A DNA stretch of 64,000 bases. It comes from Phoronis australis. Its lineage: Eukaryota > Animalia > Phoronida. Location: assembly GCA_002633005.1 (NCBI GenBank), contig NMRA01000409.1:62001-126000 (forward strand), given 5' to 3'. Positions 1 through 12,170 of this stretch are shown here, one piece after another (position 1 is the first letter of the stretch; each line of letters starts with the position of its first letter). A program made the position numbers and the translations under genes. The notes beneath the pieces are model-generated. The model ran no database searches. It was not told the origin of the DNA and saw nothing but the letters and a program-made list of their open reading frames with translations.

Positions 1-1582
1 CCGGCTTGAACAATAATTAGGGCCTAACAGTATATAAGAAGGCAGACTTATTACGAGTTGCGACTTCTGTGACCTGTCAGACTGAGGCCACGATTTTAAC
101 TGTCTCGTGACCAAAATACTTATGCCGTAACAACTGAAGTTCTCACATGCGCAGATAAGACATATGACGGGCGGATAATTTAAAGCTACAAATATCCGAC
201 GTGTACCGGATGTCTATCACCGTGTAGGCCTACGGTGTTCACGGTGAACAGTGAGACGTGTTTAGCGATGTTGGTATCTGTCGTGTTTGATGCTCTTACA
301 TGTAAGTAGCAGCGAGCCGTCTTTATTAGCGAATGCAACAAGCGGGTGTTGTTTCTCACCTTCGTTAATTGTAATATTACAAGCCGGGAAATGTTCGCCC
401 AGGAATCCGGTAAGCGTTCTTCTCTAACGCCAGTTTTTAAGTGTTGGTTTCACAATGAATGTCTGTTTCGTTTTTCGTTCTTTTCGGCAACCGGCAACAC
501 CGGAAGCTTGAACATAATGTATGTAGTTGGCTAAAATGAAAATGGAGTTTGACTTTTTACTCATCTAAAATTTCAATTATGATACGACTTGTTTCCTGTT
601 ACATCTAAACCCTCAACAGATCATAAACGCGTCAGAAAACTGTTGACTTTATTGGCGTTAGCCAACCTTGAAATTCGGAAATGGCGCATAGGGAATTACC
701 TTCAAAACTAGGTCCGTCACTCGACACACTGGCTGATGAACGCAGTTGACCTAAATTTTCAATCGTGATATTTTGCTCACATGACAGAATCCGTATGTAT
801 TTTCGGAATATGATTGATGACACTCGATACATATATGTCAAGTTCGGCAAATTATCATATGACACTGATATTCTCTTGCCTTGTCTCGTGTTTAAAACTT
901 TGCCAAGACTCATTTAACACCGTTTCGGGTTTTGCTTATTAGTATAAACGCCGGAACTACCCGGTCAAATCTCGAAATATGTCACAAGTGACAGATAAAC
1001 AAGGAGGAATGCAGCTTTAAATTTATTGGAGGTTATGTAAGACCGTCGTTTGGGAATAACTTTTATGCGGGCTTTTACAAGTAGGTACGTTAACGTTCTG
1101 TAACAAACCCATTTTCTGGAGGTTTTAATGAAGACGGATTAGAATTGGAAAGAGCAATTTTTATTTGTTGACGAATAATGTGGCTTTTGACGGTTGGAAG
1201 GTCACAACTGCTGCCAAACATGTGAAGCATTCCTTGCGGGCGATGATCGCGAGGTCAGTAGTTCAACGAGTCTCAACGAAGCTGACTCCAGTGAGGACCA
1301 GATATATACTTAGCGTCTCAGACAAGGCAAACATTTTTATAGACATGAGGCAATGCCTTACGTTAAATGTAATGGACATGTACAATGATGTTTATTGAAT
1401 TCCATTTTCCACGCACTCGAGCATGTACAAGAGGAGACTGGGACAAGGCCGCCTCCGTGGGCGTATCTCCACCACCACGCAAGCCCATACAGGCGTTTCA
1501 ATTTTTGGTGTAATATGATTGCTACCTGCAAACGAAAATGCAACAGTATATTTAAAACGTCGTGTTGATTTTGGGAGACCAG

Positions 1583-1983
1583 GGCCCGGTCTCCAATCTT
1601 TTTACTCGAAATGGAACTCGAAATTAGGTTTGGCATTTTCTACTCTACTTTTGGGCGAACTCAAGATAAGTGTCTATTATGTTATGCTTGAGTACACAAT
1701 AACTTACGTAGATAATTTATTGCCCTTAGTTCACAGTTTGTAAACCCAATATTAAAGCAATAAGTTCGAGTTTGAACTCGAAATTTCGACTTTTTACTCG
1801 AGTTTGTAGCACGAATATAAGGGTCTTCAAGGGCAAACTTGAACTAGAAACTCCTATGTATAAACTATAATGTATTCGAGCACAGTGTGATAACCAATTA
1901 TCTTAAGTTCGCACAAAAGGAGCAGAGAAATTGCCAAAAATAGTTTCGAGTTCGTTTCGAGTACAAAGATTAGAGACCGGGCC
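1583..1983. mobile_element. Harbinger/PIF-type non-autonomous MITE, copy 1
   Basis: Long imperfect TIRs (GGCCCGGTCTCCAATCTTTTTACTCGAAA... vs reverse complement of ...TTTCGAGTACAAAGATTAGAGACCGGGCC). 3-bp TSD CAG at 1580-1582 and 1984-1986. GGCC termini with a CWG TSD are typical of Harbinger. Confidence 0.75.
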
Positions 1984-3568
1984 CAGATATCCATTTTGCT
2001 TGCGCAATTACGTTGTTTTCGTCGCCCCTTGCTTTTTTCTAACTAGGCATATGCGATTTAAGATGGCGAAGAGTTATGTTCGTCTGGATTCACCGCGACA
2101 GTTCATGGTGCAATGTCGTATTTTACTCAACAAACGCTGCTGGAGCGAGTAGCCCCCCCAACCCCCCCCCCCCTTCGGATATGACGAATTGACCCCTTTG
2201 AATAAGTTTTCATTCTGTTATGATTTTGCTGATAGAACATTTGCTATTTGGAAACATGAAAAATTATAAGCCACAAAGGTAAACCCAAATTGTTAAGTAC
2301 TGTATACGTGTACATAGTACATGTACATACGTATGCAGCATTGATTAATGAGCTTTCTCAATAAACGCCCTCGAGGTGTATATGCACGAGTTCATCAGGC
2401 ATTTTGTTTCCACAATTTGCAAACGTATTTTTGCAGTGAACGCTGTTTCAATCAAAGTCAAATGCACAATCACTAGTATTAAGCCACAGTGTGTTTGTTA
2501 GTCAATTACACTTCATGTTGACAACCAGTGCACAGTTCTGGTACTTTCAAATGCATAGTTTACATTTCGGAAATTATTTTATAACTTTCGAAGATATTAG
2601 AAAAGTATTGGAAATCCCTTGAAGTAAGCTAAACTTCAATAAATACACTAAAAATGACCAGAACATGGTTGTTGCTCGGGTTGAGCCTCCCGCTCCCAGA
2701 CTAGTTATTTCATTTGGAATGACATGTTCTTTTGCACTCTTGCAACATTTTCGGACTACATCTTCAGCCTTTCAACTTTTTTCTGCTTTTACAAGTATGT
2801 ACAACTCGAAAACAGCGCCCCCATCCGCCTTTCGGTGCTAAACACACTGCCCCCTAACTACAACGCGATTGGTTTTCTTAGGATCACAACGAAAACTGAA
2901 TAGTGATAAGAATTGATTTCTTCTAAATCACTCGTAGTTCCCTGGCTACAACGCGGCTGCCGACATACACTGTTAGACATCAACGTTTACCCCTAGAATT
3001 CAGAGACGTGACGTCACTGACGTATGTTAGTTTACGCAATGCACACATTTCTATGCATCGACTTCAAATCCGATGGTGGATTATAATCGAAGATCGGTTA
3101 CTGAACACTGTCCGATTATCGATTATGGGAACCTGCAACCTGTTTGTTTAGCCACGTAATTATTACGAGCGTTCAATGAAACATCAGTGATAGCACACAG
3201 AGTTTCTCATTATTGGAACAAAACAGATTCACAACGTCTTTAAAGCCTCCTCAGGTTAATCAGTCTCAGAAGTAAAATTTTACGCGACGACGGTAAGACG
3301 GTCGCCTCACCCAGAGTTGCTGAAAAATATGTCGGGGAAATCGACGTCTAAATCCGTTTAACCCGGCGGAACCGGTGAATTCAATCGATCACATCAAGTG
3401 AACCTGAACTCAAAAGGCGATTGTGCAGTTGGTTCAATGCTGCAGGTCGTCTTGTTCAGCAGGCTAACAAAACCGAAAATATAATTAGACTTTTTTCTCA
3501 TAGAATCAGACTCGTAATAACCAGGCCGTGGTGGGATTTTGCTTCCGTTACCAACAATAACATCAAAA

Positions 3569-3881
3569 CAGTGGCGGATCTAGGATACCATAAGGGGAGC
3601 CCAACATCCTCGGGGAATTGGTCAAAAGGTCGATTGTACGCGCACACAGGCGGCCCGAAAGGTGCGGGGGCCGATGATATAGACCTTCTGTTCCGAAAAT
3701 CTATCACTGGACTAAAAAAAAAACGGGAACGTGTTTTTCCCCTTCGTCCGCTACCGGTCCTAGCTCCTGAACTCAGTACTTCCTCACGCTTCACGATGTT
3801 TTGCTGTGTCATTTTGCTTGCGGCAGCCAAGGGAGGGGGCGGGCCCCCTGCCATCCCCCCCTCCCCCTATATCCGCCTGTG
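3569..3881. mobile_element. CAG-ended GC-rich MITE (5-bp TSD family)
   Basis: Ends CAGTGGCGGATCTAGG and CCTATATCCGCCTGTG. Flanks CAAAA/TAAAA (4/5 match). First ~40 bp resemble the element starting at 39220. Confidence 0.7.
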
Positions 3882-5029
3882 TAAAACCACCATCGACTCG
3901 CCAAACGTTTATTGTAGCTTACCAACCCAAAAATTACGGTAACGAAAATGATGCATGTAGGCATTGACTTTGAATTGAGTTGGTGAGGTAACGGAATTCT
4001 ATCGCGGTAAGGAATATTACGAGACCAGTTTATGAGCCGATAACTCGAGTCACTGGCAATATGCATGCATGTGCATGAGTCACTTGGGAATTCGCAATCT
4101 TGAGTGGGCCAATCCGAATGAATTCTGGTCGTTTTCCGGAGTCATCGAAACTCAGTTAATCCCAGAGGCGAGTAATAAGGGACAAGTTTTACGAGAGTAC
4201 GTAGCTTGATTCATTCTTTGTTGTTTTTTTTTTGTAGTTTTTCATTCTGAAAACTGAAATTTTGAAGAAATGCATTTTTTAAGTTAGGTTAGCGGTAAAC
4301 ATAACCAAACGTAGACGGCGGCTCTTATATAAGTCCAGAACAAGATACATGTACATGTACTGTATATGCAATGAGTTGGGATGAGAGAAGGGTTAGTTTC
4401 TAAACTGCATGATGTCTAATTGCAGTTATTTGTAACGCCAAGTGAGAGCTTCAGGAAGCGAAGAAACAGCCGAGAGAACGGTTAACCACTGGTGACACAT
4501 TGCACGCAAGGACGCCGGCAGTGCGTGGACAGTTACACGTCCAGTGTCGTGCTGCTGCCATGTCGTGCAACCAGTAAGTCGTGACCATTAACGAAACTAG
4601 TGAGATGCGGAAACATGGCTGGCAATCAGGATGTCCCGGATGAGCTACTCGGGCACGCGCCTCATTGGTCACATTTGTTCAAACGTGTCCATCTTCAGAA
4701 AATGTCGCGAGTACCCAGTCCCTCAGCACGGCTGTGTTAACAGCCTCAGATGGATTGTCCATTTGTCGGCGTATTGATCCAGGTTTTCAGAAAGACAAAT
4801 TTGAAAAACATATGTTTGCGGTCATAAACAATTAGTGCGCTCGGTAAACACCCAACGCGCGACATTCGTATCTAGATGAATAGGCCTAACAAGATGTCTC
4901 GTTTCACCAAGGTCTTATATTCGGCACTTTGCAAGTAAATATTCCTACGAAATATACCAGGCAATACGTGGTAAACAAACTCGGCACAACAAGCGTCCGT
5001 GTCTGAAGAGTATCGCTGAAAGTTAGTGC

Positions 5030-5370
5030 AAGCCCGGGACACGTGTTTTATTTCCTGAACTAGAAATCGAGCTCGAAATAACCCTTGACATTTCCCGCTC
5101 TGTTTTAATACAATGACTGTTATTCTGGCCTCGAGTACACGAAATCACATTTGATGGCATCTAAATTTGAGCTGCAAACTCGAGTTAAAATTCGAAGTTT
5201 CGACTAGTCAAACCTCGAAATTGCGAGTTCCGATTAGAACGAACAGCGCGAATTGTGGGGTCGCCAAATGCAAAGCTGTTTAGTAAACCATAACATACTT
5301 GAACATGAAATAATTGACTTACCCTTGAGTACGTATTAATGTGGAACGGGAAAGTTCAAAAGGAACTCTG
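5030..5370 (-). mobile_element. Diverged partial copy of the Harbinger-type MITE
   Basis: 5166-5215 (TTTGAGCTGCAAACTCGAGTTAAAATTCGAAGTTTCG) matches the reverse complement of ~1770-1815. Ends are eroded, so boundaries are approximate. Confidence 0.5.
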
Positions 5371-6778
5371 TTAATGCAGTGTAGACAGCCTGAATTTACC
5401 TGAACGTGTAATTACGCTTGCGAAAGCACTCGTGCTCCTCGTGAAGTACACGGCCGATTTGGGGAAGCGGGAGGGCCGAATCAGAGACTATGGCGCCTCG
5501 ACGTTCACGTCGTACCCATTTACGTGAGGACGTCGACACGGTATGGGATCGGAGACGCTGACAGAACAATTCCATGGAAATAGTTCAAGTCCATTCAAGA
5601 ACGACAGATGTAAGAAGCTTGCGGCTTATCCCTCACCTATCGCATGCAGTAAAGCTCTGAAGCCGTGAATCTTCAACTAATACATGTATACCTTCAGATA
5701 TAAACCTCGCGCTCGTCATAGCCAAGCGCAGATTTCAATTGGCTGGCACATAGACGCAGACGACAAATCGCTTCGCTTAACGCGAGACCTCTTATCGGCA
5801 CTGGCTATTTTACATGTAATGGGTATCTTTTTCAGGAATAACGATGTCTAACAGAGAGCTCAGTGATACGTGCGATATTTAGTCGTTTGCCGTCCAGTGA
5901 AGTAAGGTATTTATTGATTAATTAGTCGGGAATGTAAACAAGGTTGTGCTACAACTGAGAGACAACCGCGATCTTCGTTATTGGGTGAGGGTAAAAAGGT
6001 CATACGACTGTACATTTCCAATAAATGGATGTTTACCTAAATACGATTCATTAGTAAAAGAACATGCAACTGGCCAGTGTATGCGTTGCCAAAACTTCGA
6101 TTTGGTTTTAAACTATTATAATTGGCGGCACGTCGCGACTACTTGTTTCCAGTTAAAGTAACAGGTGCACAGATGTCATTTCCAAAATACAGTAATATAT
6201 ACATTTTTGTCCAAGGATGGGGAAGCTTTGGGGCGTATTATCATTGACATAATAATAGCCATAATAAGCAGGTTCGCAACTATAGTCGTTGTCATGGTAA
6301 TTACTAATAGTTATTTTACCGTAATTATAATAACGTGTAATCATTACCTTTATACTGTGATTATCAATTTCCGTATTAATTGTTTATTTTGTCAAATGAC
6401 GTACTCATACGTTAGTGAATGTTGTGAGGTCCAAAGCCGAACACTTGACATTTTCATGAAAAACGTCACCTAATTTGAGGTTCTGTGATGTCACTGGGCA
6501 CTATCGGCTGTCGTAAAGGAAAATTTGTTCTGAAGGTACATGTAGGTACATGCAGTAGGTTGAATATACAGAGCACGCGAGTCTTTTGATGGTAGAAGGA
6601 AGTCAGCAACTTTTCAAAGCTAAATTACTCTTCCAGCGGCCCATTTTATTAAAGGTCTAATTTAGGTCGTGTCAAAGCTAGACGATCGGAGGCAGGCTAA
6701 TGCAAACGCAATGCTGAGTTTTAATAGATCGTAAACGTGGCAACAGTTGGCTATTGCAAATAAATTGTCCATTAAACA

Positions 6779-7017
6779 CAGTGGCAGATCTACGATTTCA
6801 GTAAGGGGAGGTTTAGGTTTCGAGAGAATCCGAGGCGCGTAGCGCCGAGGAGAAGGAAGGTCGCGAGAGGGCTTCCCTCCTCCCGTGTAAGATTTTTTGG
6901 GATTTTTAGTAGCTAATTTCGTTTTTCTGGCGATTTTTTTTCCAGTTTTTATTTTTTATCCTGTCCCGAGGGGGGGTTAAACCCCCTGAACCCCCCCCCC
7001 CTGTAGATCCGCCTCTG
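6779..7017. mobile_element. CAG-ended MITE (5-bp TSD family)
   Basis: TIR CAGTGGCAGATCTAC / GTAGATCCGCCTCTG. Perfect 5-bp TSD AAACA at 6774-6778 and 7018-7022. Confidence 0.8.
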
Positions 7018-7449
7018 AAACACTTCACAAAAATGCAAACAAATATTTACATCACAATTTTCACAGGGAGAATACTCACTCAGCTTTTTGTGTTGGAGGC
7101 GGAGTTAGTTTCGTTTATGTCCTCTTTTGAAAATACCACGTGGTACAGTACTATCAGAAACAATGCTACAGTAGAACTTGACCGGAGTTCAAACCGACGG
7201 CTTTTTGCCGCGCTTTGCTTGATGACACTCTGGTATTTTTAAACCAGGCCAGGAAAGGAAAAGGCCAAACGTCCTTAATTAAACATTGTGAAATTGTGTG
7301 ATGAAAATGTTAATGTACTAGTGCACCGCCAAGTCAGTATTGATTAAGCGGTGGTCGTTGAGTGGATTGCGAGGGACGTGCGTGCGCGAAGGCATGCGTG
7401 GGCAACGCAACGCAGCGATTGCCTAGGGGATGCATAGGCGACAGGTCTA

Positions 7450-8545
7450 CGTAACCTGTGGACATTCTGTCATGATCTTTTTCCTATTTTTACTGAGCTT
7501 TTTAATTATCCTGATGGCCTGTGTCACTGAGTTGGAGTAAAGTTTATTACCCGTTAGGGATCCTCCCCCGCACCCATAGTCCGTTTGTTTAATGGTTTTG
7601 TCACGTTGTTTAGGGCTGCTTTCGGCCCATATGTGTGGAGTTAGGAGGGTCTGGTTTGGAATCTGTACCGCGGGTTTGGTGTTTCCTAGTACGGAAATGA
7701 ATTTTTGGGAAAAAACGTGCAAGTAAGAATCGGTTCCCAAATACCCGCTGTACCTGAACGTTGTTACTTTTCCATTGGACCTTTCCAAAGATACAAGAAC
7801 CTCGTCAAAATTTGAACTTAGCAGAAAATCTGTGATGTTGGTCCTGCACAATAATAATATTCCATTCCCGAGAAACTAATGGATGACAACAATTAACAAC
7901 AGTTTGTGAACTGTCTTGCAGGAAGGTCTAATGAATGGGTTTTCAGACTCGTGCTTTGGAATTCATCACGAATGAGAGTCCAGTATGTCAAAAAACATAG
8001 TGCGGTATCTTTCAAAAAGACAAATCCATCTGAGACGACAAAATGACGCAGGATTTTTTTCTCAGCTAAAACCTGTTTTGGTGGGAGGTGAACTGGCGCC
8101 GCTATTGCCAGAGCACAAAAAGCAAACATGGAAAAGAAAGGCGGTTTAACTCAGGGGATCGACAAATGGCTGTTGAATTTTGTCCCTGGAACAACATATT
8201 TCGTCAACAACAGATTCCGTTACCCTCAGAAAACTGCTTAGTGAATGGAATTTCTTAAACAACTCTGTCGTAACGCCGACCAGCCGCCACGGAAGAGTAA
8301 ATTTTATTGCAACAAAGAGGAGCCACGACCATACAGGCATTCGCCCGAATGAAAGTTTACTACCTCTGAGGTTTAGTCTAACGCACTCGCAGCTGTCAAG
8401 GTACCCCTGTATCAAAATGTACTGCTGCTTTCCAGCGATGATTTTTCAACGTTGCATTTATGCCCCTGTGTCAGAAATATTTGGTAATACATATTAATAG
8501 TTTATCTCCACATTTGAAAGCACACCTTTACCGTTTTGGAAACAA
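7450..8545 (-). pseudogene. Highly decayed Gypsy-like LTR retrotransposon pol fragment (RNase H to integrase region)
   Basis: One minus frame reads KGVLSNVEINY...KIIAGKQ...YLDSCECVRLNL...SFGRMPVWSWLL...IKFTLPWRLVG...HSLSS. This is collinear with the Gypsy RNase H consensus (SRxLSxAERNY...YLxGRK...TDHxxL...GRLARWxLxL...FxIxYRPG...ADALSR). It is followed by HLPPKQ...EKKILRHFVVSDGFVF, resembling the RH-IN linker. Multiple stops; no LTRs seen. Confidence 0.5.
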
Positions 8546-9489
8546 AGAAGCAACACCGGAAGGAAGCAGGCGTAATTTGGAGGTTCCGTATTGGGTGGCA
8601 CCACGGGGGCTTTAAAACGACCAGCGGGCGGCACAAAGAAAGACGAGAAAGGTGTTACAAAGAACGACAAGAAGGGCGGCTTAAAGAAAGACAGGAAACG
8701 CGTTACAAAGAAATACGAATTTCGGAAGTATGTGGGATCAAGTAATTTTTATTCACACTAGACAGAAGCAAATATGCAACCTACAAGTGACTAAGGTCTC
8801 GACAATTAAAGCGGTATTGTACGTCGTTAAGGTAACGATCCATTTTAAATGGCGCATCTCACATCTCAGTGGCCGAACCACGGTCTGTGGAGTTTTCGAG
8901 TTCTGCCCAGCGCATCATTAACATGTAGAGGTAATTATGCCTTGCTTGGCTATTTGTGGAGTTGCTTAATTGCCATGGCTTACGTGCCTCCGCGCAGCTT
9001 TTCAAGCAAAAAAACACAAAAAAATAATTAATATTGGCTGAAATTGCAGTGAGCGGACGCCTTTTATTTCTTAAAGTACCAGAGCCAATTGTGTGTTGTG
9101 TAGACTTGGTCTGGTGACAGCTTTGAAACAGCAGTTGAATGACGTGAGTGCAGCGGAGTAGCTGTAGTGCAATTCTCGGGTGCATAGATTCGAATTAGGC
9201 GAGGCACTACCTTTTTCAATCACCGTTTTTGAATATCGAGGAATCCCGCCTTTTAATCATGGGAAGTTGTAATTCTTAAGTGTAAACGGTCAATTTTGCA
9301 AGTGCGTTTTGACCTTATTGTGGGAACGGGCTTGTTTCCAACGGAAGTAAACGAACTGTACATTTAGGACGGTACAGCCTACGTGGGAATGACTGGCGCT
9401 TACGAGGTGAAATATACGAGTGCAGCGACACCTTGCGTGAGGTTGCACTTTCTCACTAAATTCGGGAGATGGACAGTCTAGAATAATTT

Positions 9490-10146
9490 CATAGGCGGAT
9501 TTAGGGGGGGCGCATTCGTAACGGAACTCTGGCTAAGTATAAGCTCTCCCGCGATATCCCAGGCGACAGGCAGTGGCGCTGCGCACTACGACTCCGTTTC
9601 CGTCGTCTGCTCCACTGTGCAATGAAGAAAATTTATTTCACTCAGAAACTCGCAATACTCTCTTTGTCAAACCTTATCTTAAGACGATTTCCAAAGCAAT
9701 TTCGTCATTGATTATTGCCAACACGAAAAACGGAGTTGGTCTTTTGGGCATTTAAAGACTATTTTAAATACGACAAATTTGTTAAGAATTGATGGCACAA
9801 AACATAAAACGTGTAATAAGCATTACAAAAAGAAGTAGGTTTCGCGCGCAAACGCTGTGGACCATACACAAGTAGGTCTCTTAGTATGAGCGTAGTAGTT
9901 CTAGTAAATCGTGGTGGTGTAGTGGTAACGCAGGCGCGCTCTATCCGCTAGGTCGTGAGTTCGAATCTTTGGTACTTGCAGTTTTTCCTGTTTGACACGT
10001 TCTCCGTGTTTTTTTTGCCTTTTTTCTTGGATAATACTTCAGGAATCAAGAAAAATGCGCATCTACAATCGTGGTTCAGTTTGCGCAAATGCTTACAGCC
10101 GGACAAAATGTTGCCCCCCCCTTGTGATATCCTAGATCCGCCACTG
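9490..10146 (-). mobile_element. CA-ended MITE, long form (657 bp, 5-bp TSD)
   Basis: Ends CATAGGCGGATTTAGG and CCTAGATCCGCCACTG. Perfect TSD AATTT at 9485-9489 and 10147-10151. About 500 bp is inverted-homologous to 39220-39870. Confidence 0.85.
9911..9972 (+). other. tRNA-like Pol III A-box/B-box segment inside the MITE (not a functional tRNA)
   Basis: TGGTGTAGTGGTAA (A-box-like) followed by GAGTTCGAATC (B-box-like) at tRNA-like spacing. Homologous segment on the minus strand at ~39545-39610. No convincing acceptor or anticodon stems. Confidence 0.5.
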
Positions 10147-10336
10147 AATTTACCACTAAAATTTGACATTTTCAATAAGAACAGTCGCGTCAGTAGAGCG
10201 GCTTAAAATGGACACAAACCTCGTTCAGTGTGCTTAGTATTTTGACAAGTCGATCCTGCATGCTGCTTCCTCCCAACTCCACCAGGTGGAGTGCATGTAC
10301 TTCTGGAGGCAACACATGAATGAAAAACATGTTTAA

Positions 10337-10688
10337 AAGGATACCAAACCCTGATAAGGCCTATTGATATACATCAGAAACGACTTTCCATCCAATTCTC
10401 TGAAACAAAGTAATGGTCTGTAACCGGCCTCGACGACAGGTTTGGAGGAAAATTTGAATACTCCTTTCAAAGTTCTCTAAACGGGTAAGCGTGACGTACA
10501 TTTTTAGTGGATTACTCGGCAACTGTGAGAGAAAGAGCACCCGCTAAGAACCGTAATATCCAATCTGTGACATAAGAAATGTGATTCATTAATTGATTCC
10601 TGATTTTATCTTTCAAGATTGGCATAAAAGGCTGCATCAGCAGGTGACAGAACGGTGATCGTTTTAAATCACAGGGTTAAGTATCCTT
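10337..10688 (+). mobile_element. TTAA-flanked Kolobok-like MITE, copy 1
   Basis: TTAA at 10333-10336 and 10689-10692. TIR AAGGATACCAAACCCTG vs AAGGATACTTAACCCTG. Internal homology to 53680-54124 and, inverted, to 62887-63241. Confidence 0.8.
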
Positions 10689-11956
10689 TTAAGAGAAATA
10701 ATGACTGAAGCTGAGTTTGGTTATCAATGATTTGGAAGCAACGCGCTGCAAATGTTTTTGCGAAAATTGCACGAATTTGTGTACGTCATCAAGAGAAAAT
10801 CGGTTCTGGTATTCTGATAATAGTCTACAAATATTAAAAATGAGTTTGGGGATGTACTTTTTTGTCATAAATTGCCAATAATAACAGTAGGACCCCTTGT
10901 ACAAGTTTGGTTATAACGGCACGATCATGGAAAGTTGAACGGGTAAATCCTCGAAAGTGGACGATGGAAATTCAAATTTATAAATGCTACCACTGACAAA
11001 GACGAGTTAATTGTAGACAGCTACCCAACAGCAGTAAGACATTACCTTCCAGCTTCAATCTAACTAGTGTCAATCAAACGACGGGAGAACATCAGGTGTA
11101 ATCTGGACTGTGATAAATTGAAGCAAACCGTAACACACAACTTCGGAGAGCAGTCAACGACTTTACGTAACTGCAGTATGAGAGCTGTCAACGGAGAGAA
11201 CCATTCCCTCATAGTAGGGGTACATGGACAAAGCATCTCACTGTTAAATGAAAACGAGGTAGACAGCATCAGTCCCCATCCTAATGATGGGAACGATTTG
11301 CGCGCCATCTATCAATCAAAAACTATCGAAAGGTGTCATTAGCGTTGATATAATAATATCTCCTTCAAGTACGCGGTCTACACATAGCTTGCTACACATG
11401 TTTCACATTGCATGGTAATTTGCTGACTTTCGACGTACTCAACTTTTTAACGTGGGTTACTCGTGAATAACTTGCTTATCCGTTGAAAACAATTTTCTGA
11501 CTCTGATGGGTTTCCAATGCACGCACATTAAATACAACAGTCCAAGAGGTCTAACGACCTTATCAGACAGCAGTAGCTTCTTAAAATCGTTTGTAGTAAC
11601 AGGTTGATCACGTATTTCCAAAACACAATTTTAGTACGATACAACAATCTCAAAAAGTTCGAACTTAGCCGCAGAATGGCACCTGCATTTGCATGAAACA
11701 GTCCCGGGTCTCAACTAAATTCCCTAAACACACTGCATACGTGTGGGCTTGTGAAAACACTGCTTTTCCTTCATGTGTGTTTGAATCTCTCATTAATAAT
11801 CCGATTTTTGGATTTGCTACAAGTCGAGAGTGAACTGTAAGTGGAATTCTCAATCATTTTATGCAAGCCATTCATCAAAACTGGCTTGTCGTTTGTCGCC
11901 ATAGACATCAATTATTGTCAGTGTTGATTATTATAAGTCATGTCCAAGTTGCATAC

Positions 11957-12170
11957 CTCCAGGTGGGGGGTGAATCACATTTCGCTGCAAAATTCAACTC
12001 AGATAATTCTTTGACACGCACAAATAAATTTGCAAGTGAACATGTATCAAAAATCGCCCATGTTGACCGTAGCTGTAAGACTTCAAAGCCTTTGTTCTCC
12101 TTGAGATGGCACTCAAAAGTTGTTTGAACCACGGTTGAATTTACTTGAAGTCCTATTTTGACGGCCTCTG
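11957..12170 (-). CDS. Candidate internal exon of an unidentified host gene
   Basis: Polypyrimidine acceptor (TCTCCTTTTTGCAG|, NAGNAG) and donor AG|GTATGC. 214 nt with a single open frame (EAVKIGLQVNSTVVQTTFECHLKENKGFEVLQLRSTWAIF...SPPTW), phase 1 to phase 2. No family recognised. Confidence 0.4.

Noticed and set aside
2745-2772. CUGAAGA...CGAAA hammerhead-like string on the minus strand (similar one at ~5003 on plus)
   Set aside because: Stem II and stem I cannot form convincingly.
3421-3942. 173-aa and antisense 118-aa ORFs
   Set aside because: Both run through a GC-rich MITE (3569-3881); no protein features.
4451-4763. Minus frame MDNPSEAV...RDWVLATF...GHV-TGA-TNVTNE... suggesting readthrough/Sec or a PDE1-like peptide
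   Set aside because: No SECIS or redox motif identified, similarity limited to a few residues, and no supporting splice sites.
7897-8241. Plus-strand CFGGR*T...YFVNNRFRYP resembling Polinton/Maverick protein-primed PolB
   Set aside because: Lacks the DxxSLYP motif and has stops. The minus strand gives longer ORFs and a better-ordered Gypsy RNase H match.
8630-8716. Purine-rich ~24-bp degenerate repeats (ACAAAGAA...) giving a KER-repeat peptide
   Set aside because: Short low-complexity minisatellite without coding support; not CRISPR-like.
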